From an uncultured Micavibrio sp. (GTDB lineage: Bacteria; Pseudomonadota; Alphaproteobacteria; Micavibrionales; UBA2020): a stretch of 64,000 nucleotides of DNA. The translations under genes were made by a program, and so were the position numbers. Numbering within the stretch: position 1 is the stretch's first letter; each line of letters starts with the position of its first letter. Below are positions 62,754-64,000 of this stretch, piece by piece. The stretch lies in contig CAZKBS010000001.1 in NCBI GenBank assembly GCA_964551435.1, forward strand, positions 285,422-349,421, written 5' to 3'. The notes below the pieces were generated by a model. That model searched no databases. It had not been told where the DNA came from and saw only the letters and a list, made by a program, of their open reading frames with translations.

Positions 62754-64000
62754 TTACAGCAGAAAAACCGTGGCCAGCCCCAGAAAGGCCAAAAACCCGA
62801 TAACATCCGTCATCATGGTGAGGAAGATTCCCGCCGCCGGCGCAGGGTCGATATTCATACGCGTGAGCGTGACGGGCACGAAGGCGCCGAAAAATCCGGC
62901 GACCAGCAGATTGATCACAAGGGCGGAGGCAATCACCAGCCCCAGTTTCAAATCATGAAACCACCACCACACCGCCGTGCCCAGCAGCAGCGCGAAAAAC
63001 GCGCCGTTCAGCATGCCGACCAGACATTCCTTGCCAATCACGCGCCAGGCGTTGGCGGCGGACAGTTCTTTGGTCGCGAGCGCGCGCACCGCAACCGTCA
63101 GCGTTTGCGTGCCCGCGTTACCGCCCATCGAGGCGACAATCGGCATCAAAATAGCCAGCGCGACGATTTTTTCAATCGATCCTTCGAACAGGCTGATGAC
63201 ACTGGCCGCGATAAAGGCGGTGAACAGGTTGACAATCAGCCATTTCGAGCGTGACCGCGCCGTCGCAAACGTCGAGCTGTAAATGTCTGAATCGCTCACA
63301 CCGCCCATGCTCAGCAGGTCTTCTTCTGCCTCCGCGTCGATAACGTCAACGACGTCGTCAACGGTGATGACGCCGACAAGGCGGCCCACATCGTCCACAA
63401 CCGGCGCGGACAAAAGGTCTTTGCGCCGGAAAATCTGCGCCACCTGTTCCTGGTCCATGGTGATGGGAACTTTGACATGGTTTTCATCGACGATGGATTC
63501 CATTTTCACGCTGCGCTGCGTGCATAGAACATCGCTGAGCGTGACGGAGCCGATATATTTGTGCATCGGGTCAACAATGAAAATGTCATAGAATTTATCG
63601 GGCAGCGATTCAGACGCCGCGCGCAGGTAATCTGCGGTCTTGCCCACCGTCCAGAACTGCGGGATGGCGACAAATTCGCGCTGCATCAGACGGCCTGCGG
63701 ATTCTTCGGGGAAGTTCAGGCCTTCCTCGACCACGGCGCGCACGCGGCGCGACAGGTGGCGCATAATTTCGCTGCGGCGCGTTTCGTCCAGCTCGTCAAT
63801 CAGGTGGATGGCGTCGTCCGATTCCAGCTCGTTCACAATTGCGGCAATGTGCGGCCCGGACATATTGGCCAGAAGCTCGTTGAGGATTTCGTAGCTGAGG
63901 TACGAAAAAACCTCCGGCACCAGATCGTCTTCGAGGATATCGACAAGCCGATGGCGCAGCGGGCCGACCTTGGTCAGCAGCTCTGCCGCGTCAGGCGGCG
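62754..64000 (-). CDS. mgtE: magnesium transporter MgtE (5-prime end beyond the right edge)
   Basis: CBS pair plus a C-terminal 5-TM MgtE domain (MGGNAGTQTLTV...). The frame stays open through position 64000 upstream of the listed GTG at 63920. Confidence 0.9.
   Translation of the reverse strand, partial: PPDAAELLTKVGPLRHRLVDILEDDLVPEVFSYLSYEILNELLANMSGPHIAAIVNELESDDAIHLIDELDETRRSEIMRHLSRRVRAVVEEGLNFPEESAGRLMQREFVAIPQFWTVGKTADYLRAASESLPDKFYDIFIVDPMHKYIGSVTLSDVLCTQRSVKMESIVDENHVKVPITMDQEQVAQIFRRKDLLSAPVVDDVGRLVGVITVDDVVDVIDAEAEEDLLSMGGVSDSDIYSSTFATARSRSKWLIVNLFTAFIAASVISLFEGSIEKIVALAILMPIVASMGGNAGTQTLTVAVRALATKELSAANAWRVIGKECLVGMLNGAFFALLLGTAVWWWFHDLKLGLVIASALVINLLVAGFFGAFVPVTLTRMNIDPAPAAGIFLTMMTDVIGFLAFLGLATVFLL

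Overview
This window reads as the origin-proximal region of a GC-rich alphaproteobacterial chromosome; all calls come from reading the sequence and ORF track by eye, without searches. The backbone is conserved housekeeping: mrdA(partial)-mreDCB, rpmJ, guaC, mnmE, rho, hemJ-hemH-hemE, prmA, mnmG-rsmG-parA-parB, holA-lptE-leuS, a porin, two thiolases, a class A PBP, rnhA-thrB, ispH, gmhA, xseB, ispA, dxs, tlyA, ivd and mgtE(partial). The strongest non-coding calls are a candidate oriC in the 510-bp AT-rich gap next to hemE (18375-18884) and four perfect-core parS sites (29690-30327) in and after rsmG, upstream of parAB. Less conserved, often lower-GC genes are inserted between the conserved blocks. 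The most unusual is a four-member paralog family in two tandem pairs (20896-22853 and 58571-60744). It carries a zincin-like ...hELRHxxQ... core that is intact (HEARH, HELRH) in one pair and degenerate (RELRR, GGLRR) in the other. The other inserted genes are an origin-adjacent unknown plus APH-fold kinase pair, and a membrane protein with eight DnaJ-type CxxCxGxG zinc-finger motifs coupled to a lipoprotein serine hydrolase. There are also two ankyrin-repeat proteins, a Sel1-repeat protein and an HtpX-like M48 peptidase. Other oddities: an in-frame TGA splits the porin gene, a 1-nt frame break lies in a lipoprotein signal peptide, and Rho may have a His/Gly/Asn-rich N-terminal extension behind a C-rich leader. 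A TTAA-N7-TTAA (CtrA-type) box sits on a strong promoter, and there is a candidate terminator-bounded sRNA. I saw no tRNA/rRNA genes, CRISPR arrays, IS elements or integrases. Start codons are often ambiguous, since the ORF track also uses GTG/TTG starts, and many long ORFs antisense to real genes are GC-composition artefacts.
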